Source of the DNA: Octopus vulgaris | Lineage: Eukaryota | DNA length: 64,000 bases | Reading direction: 5' to 3' | Assembly (NCBI GenBank): GCA_951406725.2 | Contig: OX597820.1 | Coordinates: forward strand, 46,872,001-46,936,000 | Part shown: positions 1 to 12,300 of the stretch, piece by piece | How positions within the stretch are numbered: the first letter of the stretch is position 1 | Layout of the letters: each line of letters opens with the position of its first letter | The notes under the pieces: generated by a model | Told to the model about the DNA's origin: nothing | Databases searched by the model: none | What the model saw: only the letters and a program-made list of their open reading frames with translations | Translations under genes and position numbers: made by a program

Positions 1-39
1 TCTGCCAGCTCACTGCCTTAATAATAATAATAATAATAG

Positions 40-870
40 GGTAATGTAAAAGTGATACCAGTGGTAATCAGAGCATTGGGCTCAATCCCATTGAAACTTA
101 AAGACTTCCTAAGGCAACTGGAAATCCCATGCAAAATTGATGTCTTGCAAAAAGCAGCCTTATTGGGCACAGTGCACATCTTAAGGAAAGTATTATCTGT
201 CTGAGGTCCTTGTTTTGACTTGACACCGGTGCATTTTTAACTTACACTGTGTCACGAAGGAATAATGATAAGATTCAAACATTCAGATTGACAAAGTAAT
301 AGAAGCTAGAAGGCTTGATTTAGTTGTAGTAGACAAAGAGAATACAAAGTGCCAGGTAATTGAGTTCACAGTCCCAAATGATGAGAAAGTCAATATGAGG
401 GGTATAGAGAAAACAGAAAATGTATCCCTGTAATTGTAGGTATATTAGGAACTATCCCTAAAGATTAAAAGAGATGTACAGAGGAAATAGGCATAAAACT
501 TCATAATAATAATAATAATAATATGTAGGATGTGCATGGTGCCTAGTACTGCTATATAACATATAGAAAATAGCACTACTAGGCAGTGCACATATCCTAT
601 GTAGAGCACTTTCAAAACACTGAAAATAAGAGCACCACAACAAACCAGTGCACATACCCAAGGCACACAGAACTGTGCTTGGTATTGCAGTGAAAGAACG
701 TGATAAGATTAAGACTACTGAATAATAATAATAATAATAATAATAATGACTTTACAGTTCCAAATGATGAGAAAGTCAATGAGGGTTACAGAGAAAATAG
801 CAAAATACAATGATACCAGGACTTAGCCTTTAAGTTACAGAGGCTAGAGGAAATAGGAAGTTATATCGAC
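40..870 (+). mobile_element. cluster of Dong/R4-like (RLE-type) non-LTR retrotransposon 3' fragments
   Basis: Translates to 'VKVIPVVIRALGSIP..LQKAALLGTVHILRKVLSV*' and 'IEARRLDLVVVDK..VIEFTVPNDEKV..IEK', typical of the RLE C-terminus; fragments separated by (TAA)n. Confidence 0.75.
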
Positions 871-1032
871 ATAAAAACTTAATTGGTACTTTTTTTCTAT
901 CAGTCATAAAAGCATGGCAGGCCAGCTAACTACAGTAAGATTTGAACTCAAGACAAAGAGATGTAACTAATTACCCTGATATATTTTGCTAAGTACACTT
1001 ATAATTTTATAGTTATAATTATAAAGAAACAC

Positions 1033-1960
1033 AAGGTGGTGAGCTGGCAGAATCATTAGCACACTGGGCAAAATGCATAGTGGTATTTCATCTGTCTCTA
1101 TGTTCTGAGTTCAAATACCGCCAGAGTCGACTTTGCCTTTCATCCTTTTGGGGTTGATAAAATAAGTACCCACCTTCTAAATTGCTGGCTTTGTGCCAAA
1201 ATTTGAAACCAATTATCATAAGAAAGCACTAATAATTTAATCATTATCTGCTAGCAATAATTATGATAAAGACTAATAAAACAAACTAAACATTTGTTTT
1301 TTTATAAGCATTGAAATGTGTATTGTAAGATACAAATAAGATAATTTATTTTCAAACAGAGAAATGCCATTAGAACAGCAAAAATATTGAGTAAATTACC
1401 TTTACAAAGCTGACCTTGTCAGAATTTGAACTCAGAATGTAAAGACATGAAATGTCATTAAGTATTTTGTCCAGTATGGTAATGATTCTGCCAGCTCACC
1501 ATCTAATAATAATTATAATTATAATAATCCTTTTATACTAAAGGCACAAGGCCTCATATTTGTGGGGAGAGGACTAGTCAATTACATCGACCCCGGTGTT
1601 TCGCTGGTACTTAATTTATCGAACCCAAATGGACAAAAGGCAAAGTCGACCTCAGCGGAATTTGAACTCAGAATGTAGCAATGGCTGAAATACCGCTAAG
1701 CATTTCATCCAGCACGCTAATGATTCTGCACTCTTGCCACCTTATGTAATAATAATAATAATAATGGTAATAGTGGTTTCAAATTTTGGCACAAGGCTAG
1801 CAGTCTTGGGGAAGAAGGAAAGTCATTTGCATTGACTCCAGTTTGTGACTGGTGCCTTATTTTACCAACCCTGAAGCATGAAAGACAAAGTTGACTTCAG
1901 CAGGATTTGAGCTCAGAATACAGACCAAGCATGAATAAGGCAAAGCAAATTTTTCTAACG
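1033..1960. mobile_element. cluster of tRNA-derived SINEs, family A (ggcgagctggcagaa...gagttcaaattc...gtcgataaa.taagtaccag), both orientations
   Basis: A/B-box-like head; many further copies in the window (e.g. 2663-2885, 9874-10062, 14170-14395, 32632-33065, 55015-55248, 56064-56280). Confidence 0.85.
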
Positions 1961-2215
1961 CTTTGACAATTCTGTATAATGATAATAAAAATAATAATGA
2001 TGATGATGATGATGATGATGGTAGTGGTGGTGATGATGGTAGTAGTAGTAGTGGTGGTAGTAGTAGCAGCAAAAAACCAACAATAAAAAAAAAATCATAA
2101 ATGACTGGATCATATATCGAAATTTTTGGATTGTAAACATTTCTCTGTGGCTTATAACAGCAGAAGTCAAAGTGGAAAGACCCACTTGAGTTGACGGGAA
2201 GATTCAGCACGTGTG

Positions 2216-2250
2216 TTAGGTGGAGTCAAAACTGCTCAAGGAGCTGACCA
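2216..2250 (-). CDS. DZIP1: DZIP1 terminal coding exon (VVSSLSSFDST*)
   Basis: pyrimidine tract plus ttgccag acceptor, phase 1, TAA at 2216-2218. Confidence 0.7.
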
Positions 2251-5200
2251 CTGGCAATGAGAAATAAAAATAAAAACATATATAAATAACACAAAATTTA
2301 AATAAAAGCTGGTATAAAGACATTATATGCACGATGATGGTCTGAGATAGGAATGAGTAAAAGATCGAGTATTGGAGCTCAGATTAAATATCTATTGAGA
2401 GACTGTATTATTGATTATACTGCAGAGTATCTACCATGCCATCTGCTCAAATTATTTTAACTGTATTATTTTTAACTCCACAGATGTGGCTGCGTGATTA
2501 AAACGTTTGCTTCCCAACCACATGGTTTTGGGTTCAGTTCCACTGCATGGCACCTTGGACAGGTGTCTTTTACTATAGCACTGAACTGACCAAAGCCTTG
2601 TGAGTAGATTAGGCAGAGGGCAATCAAAAGAAGCTTATTGTATATATATATATATATATATACTACCTACAAGGGGCTAAACACAGAGGGGACAGCCAAG
2701 GACAGACAAATGGATTAAATCGATTATATCGACCCCAGTGCGTAACTGGTATTCAATTTATCGACCCCGAAAGGAAGAAAGGCAAAGTCGACCTTGGCGG
2801 AATTTGAACTCAGAACGTAATGGCAGACGAAATACAGCTAAGCATTTCGCCCAGCGTGCTAACGTTTCTGCCAGCTCGCCACCCTTGTATATATATATAT
2901 GTGTATGTGTTTGGGTCTCCTTGTCTTGGTAGTTGTAAAGGAATGCCATTGTCATATAAGCGGTATTGTTCATTTCCAATGCTCTGAGAAAACATGTATG
3001 ACCATAGGGAAATATCACCCTGCTTGGAAACAGGTAGGTTTTGGTGACAGGAAAGGCATTTGGCCATAGAAAATCTGCCTCAATAAACTCTGACCTATGC
3101 AAGGATGGAGAATGATTGCTAAAATGATGATGACGGTGATGATGATGAAGGTTATTTTCTTAATCACTTAGTGCTAAAGAGAGAGAAACTATTCTAATGT
3201 CTAACATAGCATACTGATGAAGAAGAGCTTTTCTTCAAGGTGATATCATCCTTATCATCATTTAACATCCGTTTTCCATGCTGGCATGGGTTAGACATTT
3301 TGACAAGAGCTGGTCAGCAGGAGAGGTGTTTGCATTAAAAAAATAACTCATGTGGTATATAAACTTTGTTTGATTTTTCACAGAAAGGCAAACTATTATG
3401 TTTGTTAAGGCTATATTTTATACTGCAAATGAATCAAAGAACCATCATATAGTACATTATTAATTAATTAGTTAATGTATGTTTCCAATACATCTGTTAT
3501 GTAAATTTGATGGAACAGTCTCACTTGACTCAAATTGGTATAAACTATAAAACACTTATAAGTTACTAATCTCTATTATCAGAAGGGTATTTTCTCTCTG
3601 CCAAAAGTACCAAGACTAAAAACTAATCAAAAGTTAAAGTTACTTTCTCGAGTCATACTGAGTCATACTGACTCATAAGGACTGGTTTCCCAGTTTCATG
3701 GCATATATATTCCGCTCCTGGATGAGATGCCAGTCCTTTGCAGAATTACTCATTTTTGCCAGCTGAGTGAACTAGAGCAATGTGAAATGAAGTGTCTTGC
3801 TCAAGAACACATGTTGCCTGGTTCAGGAATTGAAACCACAATCTTACAATCAGGAGTCCAATACCCTAGCCACAAAGCCACACATCTCCACTCATACTTT
3901 ATAGCTTTACTCTAAATATAAACAAATTGATTACATCAAATATTGTTATCTGTCAATGGTTAGGACTTACCTAACCATTGACAGATAAAAACATGTGATG
4001 TAATCAATTTGTTTAAATTTAGAGTAAGACTATAAAGTATGTTTGTTAAAAAGAGGGGAAATTGTGGATTAGAGGTGTATTTCTCTTTTCTGTCTCATAT
4101 TGGTATTTGCAGTGCCTAATATCCTTGGCATTGAAATATCGAATAAATACTATTGCATGTATGTTTTGTGGGACCTGCAAAACGTTATTTCTGCAATTTA
4201 TTGCTTTATTCACTTAAAGTGTGTTTTAAGTTCAAATCCTTCCATATTTTGTTAAGGGCCAACATAACCCCATATGTTATGAGATCTCTTTTATATCATC
4301 ATCATCATCATCATCATTATCATCATCGTTTAACGTCCGTTTTCCATGCTAGCATGGGTTGGACGGTTTGACCGGGGTTTGGGAAGCCAGGAGGCTGCAC
4401 CAGGCTCCAGTCTGATCTGGCTGTGCTTCTACAGCTGGATGCCCTTCCTAACGCCAACTGCTCTGTTAGTGTAGTGGGTGCTTTTTACGTGCCGCTGGCA
4501 CAGGGGCCAGAGGAGGCTGGCAATGGCCACGATTGGTTGGTGCTTTTTACATGCCACTGGAATGGATGCCAGTCAAGGCAGTGCTGGCATCGGTTGCATT
4601 CAGATGGTGCTTTTTATGTGCCACCAGCATGGGTATCACAACTACAATTTTCATTTGATTTTTATTTTGTTGTTATAAAATCTTAGGATGGGGTCAGAGA
4701 GCTAAGATAAAGGATGAGGACAAAAAATAAAGGGTGTTTGTGAAAGATATGTATGTAGTAGCTACAAAACACTTACCTTTAGAGGAGGATCCCCACTTAC
4801 TGGTACTGTAAGTGTTAGTAGAGACCTCAGTGTCAAGAGCTGTGCGGCTAGCTGGTGTGGATGTATATCTGTATGTGAAAGGAAATAAGGCAGCCATAGC
4901 AGTAATTGTCCAACATTGTTAACATCATCACCACTACCAACATGATCATCAACATCAGCTCTGTGCTATATAAACATAACCATCATCATCATCATCACTG
5001 CCATTACCATCAAGTTTTAAAAACCCATCCCATTTACAACTGCTATGCAATTTGACGACAAGGACACACACAAATATATACACATATGTATGTGTTTGCA
5101 TGTCATTTACAATAGCCCCAAGCAGTTTCTATCTGCTTATAGCTATAGTAGAAGAGACTTATCTAAGGTGCTCCACAGTTGGACTGAACCCAAAACCACA

Positions 5201-8200
5201 TAACTACACCTGCACCTGTGTGTATGTGTGTGTAGATGAGCAATAGGTATAACTGTCATATTAAGTAGCTTGGTTCACAACTGTATGGTTCCAGAGTCAA
5301 TTCTAATGAACAGCAACTGGGGCAAGTGTCTTCTACTGCAGTGAATGAAATTTGGAAACTGTGTAGAAGCCTGCTGCATATTTGTGTGTGTAAAGTATAA
5401 GACTGAAAGAACCATTTAGCCTTGTTAAGAACATGACTCCTTTCCAGTTCTGGTGTCAGAAAAAAAGTACCTAATAAACTCTGTAAAGTAGTGAGTATTA
5501 GGAAGTGCATCCAGCTACAGAATCTCAGTCAAAAATAAACTCATGAGCAAGATAGAGTCCTTCAACCAACCTGGGTGAGTAGCACACACAAATATGTGCC
5601 AAATCTGACCATGGAGACTTGTCAAACCCATATCAGCACAGCATGGAAAGTGATGATGATGATTATGTGTGTGTATGTGTGTGTGAGTGTGTATATATAT
5701 ATTATTGAAAACGTGGTGCAGGGAAACAACAAAGAAACAATAAAATAGGGAAAAATAATTTACACATACAACTGATGTAGATATGCTCAACCTCTCATCA
5801 GTTGTCAACTAAATATCATCACAATTTCAACACCTTATGATGTGTGTGTATGTATGTCTGAGTGCATAACAATGCATTAAACATAATCATACACAGAACA
5901 TCTACCGCCAAGATGACATACTTCTTGACAGTCAAGATGGAGTCTAAATTAAGAAAGTTTTGCTCTCTGACTTTAATAGGGTCATTCTCCACATAAGATC
6001 TATTTTTAGTTCCCTGCAGAAATAAAGATATGTATGATGATGATGATGATGATGAAAGAAAACAGTCAAATTCTTACTTTGGATTTCTGAGTCTGTTATC
6101 ATTAATATCTTCATCCAGGAGAGAAATCTTTGAAAAGTCAGAGTCATCAGCCTGAAAAATAGACCATTAGTATTATCATCTTCATGATCATAATTATCAT
6201 CGTCATTAACATCATTTGGATAAAAATAAACAAAAAAAAACATGACAACTACTTCAAATATGGCTGAAACCAGGCCACCTAATCCTCCATTTTATTGTCT
6301 GTGAATCATTTGTATAAAACCTGTTTACACTTGTCTAGTGAATTTCATTACGCATCACATTAAAGGCTAAAATTTGTATTGCTTACTCGAATATTCTCTA
6401 TAGTATGTTTGCATTTTTCTGAAACACACCATTTATTCTATAAATGATAATCAATTAATTGACCAAACTGCCAGAAAATGTGCTATTTATGCACATCAAA
6501 TTTTTGGTTTTGGGAGGGCCTTAAGATATATATACTCTTTTACTTGTTTCAGTCATTTGACTGCGGCCATGCTGGAGCACCGCCTTTAATCAAGCAACTC
6601 GACCCTGGGACTTATTCTTTTGTAATCCCAGTACTTATTCTATTGGTCTCTTTTGCCGAATCGCTAAGTAACGGGGACATAAACACACCAGCATCGGTTG
6701 TCAAGCAATGCTAGGGAGACAAACACACACATGCATATATACATATATATATACACATATACGATGGGCTTCTTTCAGTTTCCGTCTACCAAATCCACTC
6801 ACAAGGCTTTGGTCGGCCCGAGGCTATAGTAGAAGACACTTGCCCAAGGTGCCACACACTGGGACTGAACCCGTAACCGTGTGGTTGGTAAACAAGCTAC
6901 TTACCACACAGCCACTCCTGCGCCTATATATATATATATATAATCTTTCTATTTACAGAAGACAAGAAAAAATGCAATCTCTGATAAGTTGTACCAAATA
7001 AGGCAGAAGACATGCAATCATGATGATGATCATCATCATGAGTCTGCATGAGTCCCTTTTGCAGTCAATTCCAGGAAAACTTTAGTGAAGTTTTGCGAAA
7101 GTTATGCTATTAAATAATGGATTAAGATTAGCTAATAGGGAACTCTGTTTATGACAGTAATTCTGATATTTGAAGGAGAACTGGATTAGTCCAATGAAAT
7201 TGTAGTGCTGCCATCAAAGGGTTTCGTGGAATTATGAATAAAATAATATGCGAGTTGACTCTGTTTGTTATAAATATTTATTTTGCATATCAAAATCCTT
7301 TCTTTAAATACTCAGCTTTAGAAAGTAATCCACTAAGATTAGTGACCTTGATATTAGTATATGGCTATGGATGTTAGGAAGTAAGTATTACTCCTTGACA
7401 ACTCCTATTGGGTGAAAAAGGAAGGTGACCTATAGGCTGGTGTTTCTGATGGCAACTACGATATGGCTGTTATCATGAACCACATTGGATTATTTACTCT
7501 GACAATCTTAAGTGCACATGTTTCCAAAGCTTCACCTTGTACAGAGACAACTGCATGACTGTTTCAAGTTATATGAACGGCTATGCCATGGACAAATTTA
7601 AGAACTTAAGAGGATTCAAGTTCATCATCATCATCGTTTAGCATCCGCTTTCTATGCTAGCATGGGTTGGACGATTTGACTGAGGGTTGGCGAACCAGAT
7701 GGCTCTTGATCTTGATCTGGCAGAGTTTCTACAGCTGGATGCCCTTCCTAACGCCAACCACTCCGAGAGTGTAGCGGGTGCTTTTTACATGCCACCAGCA
7801 CGGGGGCCAGTCAGACAGCACTGGCAACAACCTCGCTCGAATCTTTTTATACGTGCCACCGGCACAGGTGCCAGTGAAGCGATGTTGGTAATGATCACGC
7901 TCGAATTGTGTCCTTTTACGTGCCACATGTACAGAAGCCAGTTGGCTGCTCTGGCAATGATCACGCTCAGATGGTGCTCTTGGCACCCTACTAGCACAGG
8001 CATAAGTGCCAGTAAGTCGACGCTGGTAACGTTCATACTCGAATAGCCGCTCTGTCAACGATCACACTCGTATGGTACTCTTTGCACCCTGCTAGCACGA
8101 ATGCCAGTCATCGAATTGATTTTGATTCATATTAAACGTAACTTTCACCACCACTCTAACTATTTCTATTGTCTCGGGCATTACTTTTGACGTCAACACA

Positions 8201-9272
8201 GTTAAGAAAGCCTATTGAAGAGAACACATTTCATGAATAGACAGCATTAATTTGGAACCAGTCAACTATGACTGTGGCAAAAACAGATTTAAATATTATT
8301 TGGAAAACATCAATGTACATGACTGAAAATGAATACAGAAAAATTTGTTTATGTTAGGAGAGACTTTTTGAATAGCAGACATGTTTCATGCTCTTCTAAA
8401 GGTTTTCTGTTAGGTGAACATAAAGAATGTTAAGATGTAAAAACACTTTGAAGGAAATAACCAAGTATAGCAGTACCTCTGTATATTCTGGTTTCTTCAT
8501 CAAATCAACAGCACCAGGGAATTTGACATGTGGTCGATTCTGGAATGGAAATGGATAAAAGCAAAATGTATCACTATCACACATGTGGTGCATGAAGACA
8601 TCATGTAGAAGTCCTACATGATGAAGAGAGGGCTGTTCATGTTGAGCAAACCAATGAAAACTGTATAAGTATGTGACCCCCACCCCACCCCCCCACAACA
8701 TTACATGATCTCTCAGATCTCCTGATTTCAACTCTTGGACTACTATGTCTGTGGTGTTACCAGAGGATGAGACTGACCAGCAACTCTATGATGCCAAGGA
8801 CTTTTTGGCAGTTGAAGTAATGGGTTTGGTGGGTAGCATGTGATGGGTCACCTGATCCTAACAAGCGGTCACCTCTTTGGCTGCATAAAGAGTATCATTG
8901 AAAGCAAGGGGATGGTCTTGTTGTCTGGTTTGTTTCATTGACATACCTTGTTGAATGTGTGTCTTTTCTGTTTTAGTCTCTACCTTTATTGTTTTGCTTT
9001 AGGTTGTTTGGCACATTCTGCACACACACACACACACACAGAGGCAACAACTCAAAAATGTCACACACACGCACACAAACGTCCAGCCATAAACATACAC
9101 TATCAAAAGCAACAAATATGCATGTACAAGCATGGCAGTGTGGTTAGGAAGCTTGGTTCTCAACCACATGGTTTTGGGTTAAGTCCCACAGCATGGCACT
9201 TGAGCAAGTGTCTTTGGTAAGCAAAAGTTTACATCATGTGCATATGTGTGTGTGTGAAAGTGTTTGTGCCTC

Positions 9273-9366
<94 letters not shown>

Positions 9367-12300
9367 GTACAAACAAAGCCACAAACACAATCCTACTTAT
9401 AAACATATGGAAACATTATTACACTCACAACACACATAGACATTTGTAAACTTAAATATACACATTTGATGTTCTTGACCAGTTATAGTCAGCAGATGCT
9501 AATCAATGTGGAGTAACCTCTCCTGACTCATTAACACACAAAATTGCAAATGTGTAGGAATAAACAAGACAAAACCAGAAATACAAGCGCTAAGCATACA
9601 AGAGACAGTGTATAAGATCTCTAAGTATAGCAAGGAATTACAATGATCTGGAAGAATAAATGCGTCATTATGAAAAGTTACCAGTATCATAACATATAAA
9701 ATTGGTTGTATGTATGGATAGCAGGGCTTATGCGGGTATATATGTGTTGTGTGTATGTGTGAGAGAGAGAAAAATATATGTAGAAAGGTTTGATGTGTGT
9801 GAGTGTATGAACATGATATGTGTGTTCATAGAAAATATTTTTTTTTTTTTAGTTTTTAGTCAGAGAGTAAGGTATTCTTTTCTGCTCTAGGCACAAGGCC
9901 AGAAATTTTGGGGGATGTATGCAACTAGTACTTAATTTATTGACCTCGAAAGGACGAAGGCAAAATCAACCTTGGCAGAATTTGGACTCAAAATGTAAAG
10001 ACAGGCGAAATACCGCTAAGCATTTTGCCCGGTGTGTTAATATTTCTGCCAGCTCACCGCCAGGGAGTAAGGTATTTCCCCCTTACTCTCCTTGACTGGA
10101 GGGAAGGGGAGAGGAAAGTATGACCTGGCCTGAATGCTTGCAACAGAGTGGATTCTGCAATGATGTGTGTGAATGTGATGTGTATGTATGTATGTAGTAT
10201 GATTGTGGCATGAAGTGAAGTGTGTGTTGATTAATTGAAAAAGTGTGTGAAAGCAACTCGAGGGAGGAAATGAAAAATGTAGTTATAAGAGAGAATAAGT
10301 GTTGGTGATAATGGAACGTATGATGTTATGGGAAAAGAGGGGTGAATGGACATTAATATTTCAAAAGAGAGGGGTAGAGATAGATAGAGAGAGGGTAGAG
10401 ATTAAAAGAAAGAGAGAGGAGTAAAGATAGAGAGAGGGTAGGGATAGAAGGGAAGACAGGGGGGGGAATAGAGAGAGGGTAGAAATAGATAGTGAGAAGG
10501 GTTGGTGGAAGAGATATTAACAACGTAGGCAAATACACAAACCAAACAACATATCACATGAATAAATGTGACAGGGGAAGTGAACACATTGCTGTTATGT
10601 TTGTCTATTGAGTTTTTATGCTATTTCATAATGACAATGCAATTTTGATGCTAATTACATAGTAAATATATTTAAGGAAGAAAATGATGTTGCTCCGTTG
10701 TTGATCAGAGCATATAGGAATCCCATAAATCAAGTTTTCATAAAACACACACAGAGTTAAATACAACTCTTAAAGAGTGAATTAGTGAAACTATTGAGAA
10801 CAGACTATATTTCACTGATAAAGTTTAATAAGGCCGAAACATGTCTGAAGTTGTCACTGCTCTGTCAAGGATCAGGCAGACTTACTACAACATTGTAATT
10901 TAATACTGCCTTTACCATATTTCTGTTAAAATTCACTGCCTTTGTTTCGGTTAATTTTAAAATAATGAAGAATTTGTTAAAATATCTATGTCATTACTTA
11001 AGCTGTGTTTGGAGTACAAGCATGAAATTTTGATGGAAGATTTTTCATGTCCTCTATAGCCTTTCCCCTACTCCCTCTCCGAACCAAGAGGTCTAAAATA
11101 CACGTGTGCCCATGTAAATTTTAAGCACCCATGCCAGTAGCATGTAAAAGACACTCAGTAAAGTAATTGGCACTAGGAAGGCACCCAGCCATAGAAACCA
11201 TTTCAAAACAGACAGTTGGAGCCTGGCCAGCTCCTGTCAAACTATCCAGCCAATGCCAGAATGGAAATCAGATATTAAATGATGATGAAACAGCAAGTTA
11301 TTATCATAGAACCAAAGGTGATCTTGGGGCAAGTTGGTATCAAAAGAATTACATTATTCAAACCTTTTAATGCCAAACCATCTGAACCTGTCCTTGGTTG
11401 TATGATACCACCTTTCCATATTAAAGTGATCTAAATTAAAACATTCCATCAAAATTTCAAGTTAAATTATGTTCCAAACACCAACTTAATAATGACCGAG
11501 ACCTTTGGAAATATGCAGTGCATAAGAAGACCCGGCAAGCCAAGTGAGACCATAACCCATGGCCTATGCCAGGGGTGTAACCAGCCCACATATGTGTATC
11601 TTTCCTTCATTGGACACTAAACTCTGCTTGCAAAGACCTATCGAGGCAAGTGAAATTGAAATCGAATTAAATTCGATGACTGGCACCCGTGCCAGTGGAG
11701 CGCTAAGAGCACAATCCAAGCGTGATCATTGCCTGAGCATCTGACTGGCTTCCGTACCGGTGGCATGTGAAAAAACATTTGAGCGAGGTCGTTGCCAGTG
11801 CTGCTGGACTGGCTCCTGTGCAGGTGGCACATAAAAAACACCATTTGAGCATGGCCGTTGCCAGTCCCGCCTGACTGAGCATCATGCCAGTGGCACATAA
11901 AAGCACCCACTACACTCTCAGAGTAGTTGGCATTAGAAAGGGCATCCGGCTGTAGAAACTCTGCCTGATCACAATGGAGCCTGGTGCAGCCATCTGGTTC
12001 ACCAGTCCTCAGTCAAATCGTCCAACCCATGCTAGCATGGACAGCGGATGTTAAACGATGATGATGATAATTTTAATATTTAATTGAAACAAAGATAACG
12101 TATTTCAACAGAAATATTGTAATGAATGGGTTAATTAATTTAAATTCCTTGCTGCATTTTACTATGATTAACATTCAATTTTAATTAAAATTTATTTGCT
12201 CACAGCATAAAATGTAACAGTACTTGTCTTACTCATTGTTTTCCATACAGTTGCCATCATTAAGCATTCCACCCACCCATTAGTCATTCAAATATTTTAA

